DNA of 41,681 bases, taken from positions 1 through 41,681 of the IMG/VR virus record IMGVR_UViG_3300031965_000071; one strand, given 5' to 3'. The notes beneath the pieces were generated by a model. That model was not told the origin of the DNA. It ran no database searches and saw only the letters and a list, made by a program, of their open reading frames with translations. A program made the position numbers and the translations under genes. The DNA is from a virus. Its lineage: Duplodnaviria > Caudoviricetes. Below are positions 24,551 through 33,827 of the stretch, one piece after another. The stretch's first letter is position 1; each line of letters begins with the position of its first letter.

Positions 24551-25024
24551 CTAGGGCGCGTGGGCGTAGATGGCGATGGTGGTGATGTATCGGCCGTAGT
24601 CGTCGTCGGGGTCGGAGAGCCAGTAGGGGAGGCCTTCGAGTTCGGCGTTGGTGACGATGCCGTTGGCGTGGATCCCGACGAGCGCGAGCGCGGCGTCGGC
24701 GATGGCGTCGGTGAGGGCTCGGGCGTCGGTCTTGACGCGCGCCCAGGTTTCGACGTTGAGGCGGTAGCGGTGGAGGCGATGGTCGGGGTGCCGGCCGTCG
24801 GCTTGGGTGCTGCCGGGGAGGAGGACGACGCGAACCCAGGGGACGGGGAAGTCATGGGGGAGTTCGGTGCTCACGCCGGCGGCGATGCCGGCGACGGTGG
24901 GGTCGGAGCGGAGGTAGCCGGTGACGATGAGCTCGGGGTCGAGGGGGCCGAAGTCGGGGGCGGTGCCTTGGGATCCCGCGTCGCCGTAGGTGAGGCCGGG
25001 GACGTCGCCGTAGGTGAGGGACAT
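24551..25024 (-). CDS. Tail terminator protein with N-terminal LTYGD repeat
   Basis: DPELIVTGYL...VSTELP...PWVRV...LNVETWA...ARAL...RY; directly before the major tail gene. Confidence 0.8.
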   Translation of the reverse strand: MSLTYGDVPGLTYGDAGSQGTAPDFGPLDPELIVTGYLRSDPTVAGIAAGVSTELPHDFPVPWVRVVLLPGSTQADGRHPDHRLHRYRLNVETWARVKTDARALTDAIADAALALVGIHANGIVTNAELEGLPYWLSDPDDDYGRYITTIAIYAHAP

Positions 25025-25033
25025 GGGCGGGCC

Positions 25034-28000
25034 TTAGTCGGAGTTCGGGGTCGAGAATTCGATGGCGATGAGGGGAACGCCGTTGGTGTCTTCGATGAGC
25101 GTGTAGGCGCCGAAGAGGGACGGAATGGCGTCGGTGATGGCGCCGTGGTCGCACCGATAGCCGGCGGGTTCGGGGTTGGGGTCACCGGCGAGGGCGTTGA
25201 CGCCGAGGGGGTGTTGGAACGGCGCGGAGGTGATGGAGCGGAACGTCTGGAAGGTGCCGGCGTCGTTCACTGACGTCATGCTCCGCCAGTACCAGCCGCG
25301 CCGGACGGGTTGGAAGAGCGCGCCGACTGCGGTGCCGAACCATCCTCCGGCGCCGCCGCCAGGGAAGTCGACGGGGGCTTGGCAGAGGACTTGGCCGGGC
25401 GTGCCGTCGCCGGGGAGTCGGATCGCGGCGACGTAGCGGCGGACGGTGGTGAGGTTCGAGCCGGTGACGTAGAGCCAGAGGCGCGAGATGATGCCGGATT
25501 GAGGGAGGAGGAACGGTTGCGCGCGTTCGCGGCCTCGGGTGAGGGCGGCACTGGCGATGGTGTTGCGGAGGCCGGTGGGGATGTAGGTGATGGGGCCGCC
25601 GCCGGTGGCCTGGCGTTGCATTCGCGGGAGGGTGCCGAGGGTGTAGGCGCCGGTCGCGACGCGTTGCTCGGAGGTTTGCTCGAGGTTGTAGACGGTGTCG
25701 ATGGTGTAGCGGGCGATGAGGAGGCCGCCGTAGTCGGAGGGGTGAGTGTGGTCGGCCTTGGAGAGCCATGCGCGGTCGAAGATGGGGAGGCCGGAGGCGT
25801 GGGTGGCCTTGACGGTGCCTTCGTGACCGCGGAGGAGGGACGCGGTGAAGTTCGGGGACGTGCCGGCGAGCGCGGTGACGAGCATATTTTCGGTGCCGCG
25901 TCGGAGCACCTTGCCGATGGCGAGTTCGTTGGCGGCGGCATCGATGGCGGTGATGACGACGCCGGTGGAGGTGACGTCGGTGGCGTTGAGGGTGGTGCCG
26001 AGGGTGTAGCCGAAGCGGGCGTTGAACGGCGTTTCGAGGTCGACGACTTCGACGGAGGTGAATTCGGCGGCGACGGTGTCGAGGTCGTCGTTGAGGGTGG
26101 CGATGGACGCGGGGAGGACGACGGAGTCGCCGAGCGGGCCGGAGATGTTCACGGGCTGATTGACGAGGAGCGCGGGGGGTGGGATCGCGTCTTCGATCCA
26201 GGCGCCGCCGAAGCCGGGCGGGATGGGCTCGGCGGCGTATCCGCTCGTCGTCGCGATGATGGTTTGGCCGGCGGCGCTCGCGGGGAGGGTGACGCGGTGA
26301 ATGACTTGGAGGGGGTAGCCCCATGCGCCACGGCCGGCGAGGGTGATGACGTCGGTGAGGCCGGCGGTGCCGGAGAGGGTGACCTTGAGGGCGGTGGAGC
26401 GGCGGACGGTGACGTCGTTGGCGTGGGTGTTGGCGAGGACGCCGGAGATGGCGAAGCGGTAGAGGTTGGTGCCGAGGGTGCGGCCGGTGACGGTGACGGT
26501 TTCGGCGACTCCGTCGGGGTCGAGGGTGACGTCGAAGGGGTAGGTGGTGGGGAAGCGGGTGGCGCGCGCGTTGTCGTCGATTTCGAAGTAGGCGTTTCCG
26601 GCGGTGGCGGCCCCGTTGAGTTGGGCGTAGGCGTTCGCGCCGCCGAGGTAGCAGAGCGCGAGGGTGCCGCCGGAGAAGGCGGCGGGGATCGTGAGCGTGG
26701 CCGTCTGGCCGTCGGCGGTGATGGGCCGGTAGCGGCCGCGCGTCATGTAGGAGAGCGCGGCCGACGTCGGGCCGGAGTAGCCGAAGACGGCGTTGTCGGA
26801 GTCGTAGAGCCTGGCGGCGCGGAGGCGGGAGAGGACGGTGCGGTGAGCGTCGCGGAACGCGGGCCGGAGTTCGCCGACGGGGTAGCCGAACGTCCCGAAG
26901 GCGACGGCGGGGTCGGTGAGGTAGGCCTCGTTGAGGAGCCATTCGATGATGGCGAGCGCGGGGAAGGCTCGGGAGTCGGCGTTGTCGCCGTCTTCGCCGG
27001 CGGTGTTGTAGGAGTGATCCGGGTGGATGTACCGCATGACGGTCCCGATACCGGAACCTTCGAATGTCGCGGGGGCGTAGTCGTGGGGCACGATCGCGCG
27101 ACCGGCCGATTGGCCCCATGGGAAGGTTTCGTCGGGCGGGACGCCGAGGGCGCCGAGGAAGCGGCGCGTCCAGTTGGCGAAGCGGGTGGCGTAGGTGTTG
27201 GCCCCGATTTGGGTGTAGGAGTGGCCGAGGAGGATGGCGGCGGCGAAGGCGGGGAGTTTCCCGACGTCGGCGACTTTCTCCCATGCGAGGCCGGTGGAGT
27301 AGAGGAGCTCGAGGGTGTCGGTGGTGGCGTAGAGCTCGCCGGGGTAGGTGGCGGGGTCGCCGGCGCTGGCGGTGTCGCCGCGGCGGATGTCGGTGCCGCC
27401 GGATGACGCGGCGAGTTCGGCGAGGGCGCCTTCGACTTCGGTGGCGGTGAAGTTGCCGCCGGTGTCGACGATGGGAACGTCGGAGGCGGTGTTGCCGGTG
27501 GCGAGGTCGCCGAGGGCGAGGAGGGTGCGGGCGGCGGGCGCGTCGACGAGTTCGAGGAGAGACCGGCCGAAGGCGGTGCCGGTGAGCGCGGCGATGGCGT
27601 CGAGTTCGGCCGAGGAGGGTTGCTTCGTGCCGATGAGATTGGTGATGGTGGTGGCGAAGTTCGGGTCGTCGCCGAGCGCGGCGGCGAGTTCGTTGAGGGT
27701 GTCGAGGACGGCGGGGCTCGAATCGACGAGCGCCGCGTCGCCGGCGTCGGCGTAGGCCTGCGCGGCGGCGAGCGCGGCGGCGATGAGACCGGCGATGCCG
27801 TGGGCGGTGCCGTCAACGATGCCGGCGTGGACGCCGAGCGCGGCGTCGGCGGTGGCCTCCGCTGCGGCTTGCGCGGCGGCTGCAGCGCCGCCCGCGTCGG
27901 CTCCGACGTCCGCGGCGTTGGGCATCGGGTGGACGTGGCCGGCGTCGGACGCTTCGCCAGTGCTGCCAGCCGCCGCGGCGCCGAGCGCGAGGGCCGGGTC

Positions 28001-28210
28001 GCCGGAGAGGGTGAGACCGCCGCCGGTGAGGGCGATGATGGCGTTGAGCCGGTCGACGAGGTTGGCTTCGCCGTCGAGCGCGGCGACGATGTCGGCGCCG
28101 ATCGCGTTGATTTCCTCGCGTTCGAGTTCGTGGTCTTCGGCGTGTTGATCCCAGGGCGTCGCGTCGGTGATGTCGGGGAGCGCGGGAGCGGCGCCGGGAT
28201 AGTTCGCCAT
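25034..28210 (-). CDS. Large virion appendage/fibre with SGNH-hydrolase domain
   Basis: 1058 aa; fibre motif LVDSSPAVLDTLNELAAALGDDPNFATT; SGNH blocks LLGHSYT, WLLNE, DHTHPS. Confidence 0.78.
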   Translation of the reverse strand: MANYPGAAPALPDITDATPWDQHAEDHELEREEINAIGADIVAALDGEANLVDRLNAIIALTGGGLTLSGDPALALGAAAAGSTGEASDAGHVHPMPNAADVGADAGGAAAAAQAAAEATADAALGVHAGIVDGTAHGIAGLIAAALAAAQAYADAGDAALVDSSPAVLDTLNELAAALGDDPNFATTITNLIGTKQPSSAELDAIAALTGTAFGRSLLELVDAPAARTLLALGDLATGNTASDVPIVDTGGNFTATEVEGALAELAASSGGTDIRRGDTASAGDPATYPGELYATTDTLELLYSTGLAWEKVADVGKLPAFAAAILLGHSYTQIGANTYATRFANWTRRFLGALGVPPDETFPWGQSAGRAIVPHDYAPATFEGSGIGTVMRYIHPDHSYNTAGEDGDNADSRAFPALAIIEWLLNEAYLTDPAVAFGTFGYPVGELRPAFRDAHRTVLSRLRAARLYDSDNAVFGYSGPTSAALSYMTRGRYRPITADGQTATLTIPAAFSGGTLALCYLGGANAYAQLNGAATAGNAYFEIDDNARATRFPTTYPFDVTLDPDGVAETVTVTGRTLGTNLYRFAISGVLANTHANDVTVRRSTALKVTLSGTAGLTDVITLAGRGAWGYPLQVIHRVTLPASAAGQTIIATTSGYAAEPIPPGFGGAWIEDAIPPPALLVNQPVNISGPLGDSVVLPASIATLNDDLDTVAAEFTSVEVVDLETPFNARFGYTLGTTLNATDVTSTGVVITAIDAAANELAIGKVLRRGTENMLVTALAGTSPNFTASLLRGHEGTVKATHASGLPIFDRAWLSKADHTHPSDYGGLLIARYTIDTVYNLEQTSEQRVATGAYTLGTLPRMQRQATGGGPITYIPTGLRNTIASAALTRGRERAQPFLLPQSGIISRLWLYVTGSNLTTVRRYVAAIRLPGDGTPGQVLCQAPVDFPGGGAGGWFGTAVGALFQPVRRGWYWRSMTSVNDAGTFQTFRSITSAPFQHPLGVNALAGDPNPEPAGYRCDHGAITDAIPSLFGAYTLIEDTNGVPLIAIEFSTPNSD

Positions 28211-28221
28211 GACGTCGGAGG

Positions 28222-28557
28222 TTACCGGCGGGAGATGTTGACGCCGGGGACGACGGCCTCGAGCGCGGGGAGTAGATACGGTTGGGCGCGGGTGCGGCGC
28301 GTGCCGAGTTCGAGCCAGAGGGATTTGAAGTCCTTGGAGACGACACGGCCGACGAGGCCGCCAGAGTCGTCGGAGAGGACGACCTGGGCTTCGATGCCGC
28401 CTTCGAGGTGGCCGGAGCGGTACGCGGCAGAGTCCTTGGCGTATTCGGCGGCCTCGTCGGCGAGTTCTTGGAGGAAGCCTTCGACGTCGGTGGAGCGGAG
28501 GATCGCGCGCTCGAAGTCGGGCCGGAGGATGACGGTGGTGCCGAGGTTCTTGGGCAT
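28222..28557 (-). CDS. HK97 gp10-like neck protein
   Basis: AAYRSGHLEGGI...LELGTRRTRAQPYLLPAL. Confidence 0.85.
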   Translation of the reverse strand: MPKNLGTTVILRPDFERAILRSTDVEGFLQELADEAAEYAKDSAAYRSGHLEGGIEAQVVLSDDSGGLVGRVVSKDFKSLWLELGTRRTRAQPYLLPALEAVVPGVNISRR

Positions 28558-28901
28558 TAGCCGCGCGTCCGGTAGGCGGTGCCTTCGAGGTGATGCGGTG
28601 CGCCGGAGTCGTAGACGGGGACGGCGGGGCCTTCGAGTTCGAGGTCGATGCCTTCGTCGGTCCAGGTGATGAGGTCGATACCTTCGACGGGTGCGGCGGT
28701 GGGCGCGATGACGAGGTCGTACCGTTCGCGTTGCTCGTTCCGGTCGGCGAGTTGCTCGGTGGTGGAGACGATGTCGACGCGGCCGCGGACGGTTTCGGTG
28801 GTGCCGGCGATGAGGACTTCGTTGCCGTAGCCGTCGGGGGTGCCGGCGGTGCGGTGGGTGACGAGGAGCGCGTGGGGCAGGGAGCCGAGGGGGATGCTCA
28901 T
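28557..28901 (-). CDS. Head closure (head-to-tail stopper) protein
   Basis: Starts MSIPLGSL; DGYGNE...HHLE; between connector and gp10-like genes. Confidence 0.8.
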   Translation of the reverse strand: MSIPLGSLPHALLVTHRTAGTPDGYGNEVLIAGTTETVRGRVDIVSTTEQLADRNEQRERYDLVIAPTAAPVEGIDLITWTDEGIDLELEGPAVPVYDSGAPHHLEGTAYRTRG

Positions 28902-29494
28902 GCGCGCCGGCCGGGGAGGAACCGCTCGAGGACGAGCTTGTCGGCGGCGGTGAGGTCGAAGCCGCGGCCGCCGTAGGCGCCGGACCATCGGCCGACGGTC
29001 TCTTGGGTGAGGCCGGCGGGGTTGCTCTTCGCGCGGACGGCGAGGGTGAGCGCGACGGCCTTGAGGGCGGGGGGCATCGTGCTCGCGGCGTAGCCGGTGC
29101 CGTCGGCGTAGCCGTGGGTGTAGGTCACGGTGATCGTGCCGGTGGGGCCGGGCCAACGTGTCCCGCGGCGGCGGAGGATCCCGCGCCGGCCGTCGTCGCC
29201 GAGGTCGGCGATGTAGTCCTCGTCGGCGGTGAGGGCCAGGGGGTCGGCGTCGGCGGGATCGTTGACGGTGACGTCGGTGACTTCGGTGACGGGGAGCTCG
29301 GGGAGGAGGAGCTCGGTGCCGCCGGTGCCGGCGAGGGTGACGGTGTCGTCGATGACTTCGGCGAGGGCCTGGTCGAGTTCGGCCTTGATGATGCCTTCGG
29401 CGAGGTCGAGGGCGAGTTCGGCTTGCTCGAGGGCGGCGCCGGTGTAGGGCGCAACGCCGAGGAAGGTGGCGAGCTCGTCGGCGGTGGCGATCAT
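28898..29494 (-). CDS. Head-tail connector/adaptor
   Basis: IATADELATFLG, ITVTYTHGY, NPAGLTQETVG, LTAADKLVLERF. Confidence 0.88.
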   Translation of the reverse strand: MIATADELATFLGVAPYTGAALEQAELALDLAEGIIKAELDQALAEVIDDTVTLAGTGGTELLLPELPVTEVTDVTVNDPADADPLALTADEDYIADLGDDGRRGILRRRGTRWPGPTGTITVTYTHGYADGTGYAASTMPPALKAVALTLAVRAKSNPAGLTQETVGRWSGAYGGRGFDLTAADKLVLERFLPGRRA

Positions 29495-31128
29495 GCGGCG
29501 GGCCTTTCGACCTTGCGGAGCTCGGCGAGGAGGGTGGGCCGATTCTTGCCGCCGAGGGCGGTTTCGGTGGCGATGGCGGCCTTGGCGCGGGCGGGGTCGG
29601 TGCCGACCCAGGCGAGAACGTCTCCGATGCGGCCGTCGGGGGGTGTCTCTGCGCCGGTGGGGGCGTCCGGGGGGTCTTGGGCCTCGGGAGCCTCGGCGGG
29701 CCTAGGGGGTGCCGTAGCGGCGGAGAGGTGGTCCTTGGCGAGGTCGACGGCCTTGGTGGCGTAGACGGCGGGGCGGACGATGGCGAGGGCGGCGAGGAAG
29801 TCCCCGCGGGCCTTGACGTCGGAGGCCCGGTACCTGGCGGCGAGCCAGCCGAAGGTCTCGGAGTCGAGGACGGACGAGAGCGGGGAGACGAGGCGCGGCG
29901 CGAGTTCGTCGCCGGCGGGGATGAGACCTTGAGCGGCGGCCGCGGCATCGTTGAGGCGGAAGTCGCCGCGGTGGGTCCGGTAGACCTTGAGGGGACCACC
30001 GGCTCGGGGGGCGTCTTCGAAGTCGCCGACGGGACGGCCTCTCATGGCCGAGCGGACCGCGGCGGGAGAACACGCGCAACCTCCGGCGCCGCATACGGGG
30101 CAGACGGTCCGGTCGCGGGCGGAGCTCAAGATGCTCATGGGGGCATCGTAGGGGCCGCCGGCGTCGGAGACGAGGAGGTCGAGCGCGGCTTCGAAGGCGT
30201 CGAGGTCACGGTCGGTGATGGCTTCGAGTTCGGTGGCGCGTGCTCGCGCGCGTCCGCTCGCCGCGGCGTAGACGTCCGGGTCGTCGAGCGCGTCGAGGGC
30301 TTCGAGCCAGTCGTTGCGGCGGTGCCGGTCGGCGAAGATGCCGGCGGGGCCGAGGGCCTCGACGAGGCCGGGCGTGGGGTGGGCGATGGTGGGGACGCCG
30401 GAGGTGGCGGCCTCGACGGCGACTCTTCCCCATGATTCGTAGCCGCTCGGCATGAGGAGGACGCGCGTGCGGGCGTAGACGTCGTCGCGGATGTTCGCGG
30501 TGTGTTGGCCGATGGTCACGTTGGCCGGTTGACGGCGGACGTCTTGGGTGCCATACGCGCCGACGACTCCGAGGAAGCGGCGCGCGCGGTGGGCGCGCGC
30601 GATGTCGCGGAGGACGCCGGAGCCCTTCTCGAGGGTCATGTTGACGAGGGTGACGTACTCGGCGGCCGCCGGGTCGCGCTCGAGGGTGTAGTCGGCGGTG
30701 CGGACGGGTGGCCGGACGAGGACTTGGCGGCCGGGCCAGTCGAGCGCGTCGGTGATCCATTGCGAGTTGATCGCGAGGAGGACGTCGTCGCCGGGCTTGA
30801 CGTGGTGATAGGCGACTTGACGGTCGTTATGGACGACGTGGCAGAGAGGCCGGCGGGCCTGACGCGCGGCCTTGACGGCGTCGGCGGTGCGGTCGAGGTG
30901 GGTGACGACGACGTCGGCTTCGGCCGCCATCGCGGCGAGGTCGCGGGGCCGGGCGTCGGTGATGACGTTGACGCCGTGGAGCCGGTAGGAGGCGAGGCGT
31001 TGGTCGTAGATGTTGACGAAGACGTCGTCGCCGCGCTCGACGAGCCGGCGGAGCATCGTGTGCAACATCCATTCGGCGCCGGCGCCGTGGAGCGGGGGGT
31101 ACTTGTGGACGTGTGCGAGGACTCTCAC
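29491..31128 (-). CDS. GT4 (GT-B) glycosyltransferase fused to a putative head-associated C-terminal region
   Basis: GTG start; YPPLHGAGAE, EKGS, MPSGYESWGRVAVEAATSGVP (E-x7-E); continues without a stop into a ~215 aa Cys-rich/helical region. Confidence 0.85.
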   Translation of the reverse strand: MRVLAHVHKYPPLHGAGAEWMLHTMLRRLVERGDDVFVNIYDQRLASYRLHGVNVITDARPRDLAAMAAEADVVVTHLDRTADAVKAARQARRPLCHVVHNDRQVAYHHVKPGDDVLLAINSQWITDALDWPGRQVLVRPPVRTADYTLERDPAAAEYVTLVNMTLEKGSGVLRDIARAHRARRFLGVVGAYGTQDVRRQPANVTIGQHTANIRDDVYARTRVLLMPSGYESWGRVAVEAATSGVPTIAHPTPGLVEALGPAGIFADRHRRNDWLEALDALDDPDVYAAASGRARARATELEAITDRDLDAFEAALDLLVSDAGGPYDAPMSILSSARDRTVCPVCGAGGCACSPAAVRSAMRGRPVGDFEDAPRAGGPLKVYRTHRGDFRLNDAAAAAQGLIPAGDELAPRLVSPLSSVLDSETFGWLAARYRASDVKARGDFLAALAIVRPAVYATKAVDLAKDHLSAATAPPRPAEAPEAQDPPDAPTGAETPPDGRIGDVLAWVGTDPARAKAAIATETALGGKNRPTLLAELRKVERPAA

Positions 31129-31135
31129 GGCGGGG

Positions 31136-31792
31136 TCAGTAGCCGAGCCGGTCGGCGTGGCCACGGAGGGCGTCGGTGGCGGCGGAGCCGGGGAGCGTCG
31201 ACCATGAGAACGGGGGACGGTTGAGGCCGGTGGGGCCGTGGGCGTTGTAGTCGGTGGGGAGGAGCTCGAGTTCGTGGAGGTAGCGGGCGACGTGGCCGGC
31301 GTCGAAGACGTCGAGGAGTTCGGCGAGGCCTTCGCCGTTGAGGTCTTCGATGCGGAGGACGGCCGCGTCGGGCCGGATGGCGGTGGCGAGGCGGTGCCAG
31401 TCGGTGACGTATCGCGCGGTCGCGTCGAGCTCGGCCGACGGGAGGGAGACGTGCCGGGCAATGAAGCGGCCGAGCGGCGAGTCGAGATGGGCTCGGGGGG
31501 TGTCGGGATGGCAGGGGCAAGACGCGGCGAACGTCCAGCCGCGGAGGAAGGAGTTGAGGACTTCGAGCGGGTCGCGGACGACGACAACGGGGACGATGTC
31601 AACGTCGAGGGCCGCGAGATAGGGCGTGGCGGCGAGAGAGACGTCGGCCGTGAGCGCGGCGGGCCAGGGGTCCGGGCGGCGGGTGAGGGTGAAGATGCCT
31701 TCGTGGGTGGCGGCGATACCGGCGAGGTTGAGGGCTCGCGCGATCCAGGCGGTGCCGCTATGGCCGGTGCCGGTGATGACGGCGCGCGTCAT
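31136..31792 (-). CDS. Sulfotransferase-like protein
   Basis: 5'-PSB loop VITGTGHSGT, 3'-PB VVRDPLEVLNS, LRIEDL; ATGA overlap with the methyltransferase gene. Confidence 0.78.
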   Translation of the reverse strand: MTRAVITGTGHSGTAWIARALNLAGIAATHEGIFTLTRRPDPWPAALTADVSLAATPYLAALDVDIVPVVVVRDPLEVLNSFLRGWTFAASCPCHPDTPRAHLDSPLGRFIARHVSLPSAELDATARYVTDWHRLATAIRPDAAVLRIEDLNGEGLAELLDVFDAGHVARYLHELELLPTDYNAHGPTGLNRPPFSWSTLPGSAATDALRGHADRLGY

Positions 31793-32340
31793 GGGAGCGG
31801 CGCGCATCGGACGAGGACGGCGCCGAACGTGGCGAGCGCGTCGACGTCTTCACGGTCGAGGGGCCGGTAGGCGGCGATGGTCGCCGCGGACCAGTGCGAG
31901 CGGTGGTTCTCGGTCGGGTGGGTGCGGTGCTCGGGGTTCTGGAAGTAGTCGCGCGGCGTCGAGATGATGACGGGCGGGATGAGGCGACGGATGACGAGCG
32001 CGGCGTCGAAGTCGTCGAGGTGTTCGAAGACGTCGACCATGAGGACGAGGTCGTACGCGTGGGCGGTGAAGTCGCGCTCGCGGACGAGGTCGACGATGTC
32101 TTCTTCGCCGAGGAAGCGGTAGAGCTCCTCGAGCCAGGGGGCCTCGGCGAGGTAGCGGGGTTCGGCGTCGATGCCGTCGATGGCTTCGAGCCGGTCGCCG
32201 AGGTACTCGCGGCAGAGGAGGCCGTACTTGCCGCGGCCGACTCCGACGTCGAGGACGGTGATGGGCCGGCCGAGCTCGCGGGCCCTATCGGCGACGAGGG
32301 CGACGATCGACGGCGCGAGGGCGAGGAGGGACGAGGGCAT
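31789..32340 (-). CDS. Class I SAM-dependent methyltransferase (small-molecule/glycan type)
   Basis: VLDVGVGRGKYG, YDLVLMVDVFEHL, ISTP, HRSHW; no DNA-MTase catalytic motif. Confidence 0.85.
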   Translation of the reverse strand: MPSSLLALAPSIVALVADRARELGRPITVLDVGVGRGKYGLLCREYLGDRLEAIDGIDAEPRYLAEAPWLEELYRFLGEEDIVDLVRERDFTAHAYDLVLMVDVFEHLDDFDAALVIRRLIPPVIISTPRDYFQNPEHRTHPTENHRSHWSAATIAAYRPLDREDVDALATFGAVLVRCAPLP

Positions 32341-32444
32341 CGGCGGGGAGCCTACGACGCGCAGAGGCCGACGCGCTGCGGTGAGGACGATGGACTCAAC
32401 CGCGGCGCGCCGGCCTCCGGGCCGCCGTGTCGGGGGCGGGTGGG

Positions 32445-33785
32445 TTACGAACCGGCCGCGAGGTCGATGACGACGAACGCGGAAGGCCGGATGATGCCGA
32501 ACGCGGCGCGCATCTCGGCGAGGATCGCGACGAGGTTGCGGATGAAGAAGTCCGCATGGGAGTCCGAAGCCATGATGCTCGAGGCCTCACGGTCCCACAG
32601 GACCGCCATGCGGAAGTTCCCGACGATGCCGGTGCCTTCGGGGACGGCCTCACACTCCACGCGGGGGAGTCCCCAAAGGGTCTGCACGCCCATGCCGGCG
32701 GGGCCGCCGAAGTAGTAGCCGCCGTTGTCGTCCTTCGTGAGGTCGATTTCCTCGTTGTCGGCCGGGTTGAGGAGGTACGCGGTCGGGGTGGTGCGGCCGA
32801 CGGTGCGGACCTTCGTGCGGGCCTTGCGGGTGGTGGTGAGGATGTCGGTGTCGAAGGCCTGGTCCTGCGTGCCGGACACGGTGAGGATCCCCTCGAAGTT
32901 GTCGCCGGTGCCGTCGCCGCCGACGATCTGGTCTTCGACGATCTCGAGGAGGCCGTACCGGAGGAAGTTGTCGATGAGGGTGCGGATCTGGCCGGCGTCG
33001 GAGAGTGCCCGCTTCGTGGCCGGGATCCAGTGGGCCAGGGTCCCGACGTTCGTGGTGACCTTCTCGAGCGCCATGTCGGACTCGGGCTTCGTGCCGGTGA
33101 CGTCACCGGAGCCGTCGCCGCCGGAGGTACCGGAGGCCTCCGCCACCATTGCGGCGTTGTTGGTGAAGCCGGTGATGCGGGCGTATTCGATGACGTCGGA
33201 GGTGGTCGTACCGCCGGTGATGAGGTTGGCGGCGGTGAGCGGCCGTTGGTCGGTGCCCAGGTCGAGGAGGCCTCGCCAGTCGTTGACGAGGAGCGGCGAC
33301 GCGCCGGCCGCGCGGTCGGGGTCGCCGGAGCCGATGATGTCCTTGAAGCCGCCGAATTCCAGGGCCGGGGAGGTGAGGCCTTTGGCCTTGTCGGGAATCT
33401 GGCCGTTGGGCGCGATCGTGTTGAACCACGCCTTGTAGTCCGGGTTCTCGACGAACCGCTCGCCGAGGCTCTTGCGCGACCGGCGGCCGCCGAGCGGGTT
33501 GCCGAGGAGGTCCGGGTCGGTCGCGGTGACGTGCTCGACGGTGAGACCGGAGCCGAGCTCCGACATCGTCTTGCGGAGCTCGGAGTCGCCGGCGGCCTCG
33601 TCGGCGCGGGCCTTGAGGTCGCGGGCCTCTTCGATGAGGGTCTTGACTTCGCCGCGTTCCTCCGGCGTGAAGTCACGGCCGGCGTCGTCGGCCTTCGCCG
33701 CGATGGCCGACGCCTTCTCGAGCTTGGCCTTCGCCTCGGCTCGGAGTTCGGCGTGCGCCGGTGCTGAGGGGGTGATGGTGGGCAT
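32445..33785 (-). CDS. Major capsid protein (HK97 fold, N-terminal delta domain)
   Basis: Starts MPTITPSA after GGAGG; VAE..TKPES, TLAHWIPAT, QIVGGDG, LNPAD, LWGLP, FIRNLVAILAEMR. Confidence 0.95.
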   Translation of the reverse strand: MPTITPSAPAHAELRAEAKAKLEKASAIAAKADDAGRDFTPEERGEVKTLIEEARDLKARADEAAGDSELRKTMSELGSGLTVEHVTATDPDLLGNPLGGRRSRKSLGERFVENPDYKAWFNTIAPNGQIPDKAKGLTSPALEFGGFKDIIGSGDPDRAAGASPLLVNDWRGLLDLGTDQRPLTAANLITGGTTTSDVIEYARITGFTNNAAMVAEASGTSGGDGSGDVTGTKPESDMALEKVTTNVGTLAHWIPATKRALSDAGQIRTLIDNFLRYGLLEIVEDQIVGGDGTGDNFEGILTVSGTQDQAFDTDILTTTRKARTKVRTVGRTTPTAYLLNPADNEEIDLTKDDNGGYYFGGPAGMGVQTLWGLPRVECEAVPEGTGIVGNFRMAVLWDREASSIMASDSHADFFIRNLVAILAEMRAAFGIIRPSAFVVIDLAAGS

Positions 33786-33827
33786 GCCGGCCTCCGGGTG
33801 GGTCGGGGTGAAGTTGGTGAACGGCGC

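Noticed and set aside
32400-32440. Possible terminator after the major capsid gene
   Set aside because: Only short, imperfect GC pairing and no U-tract; not distinguishable from background
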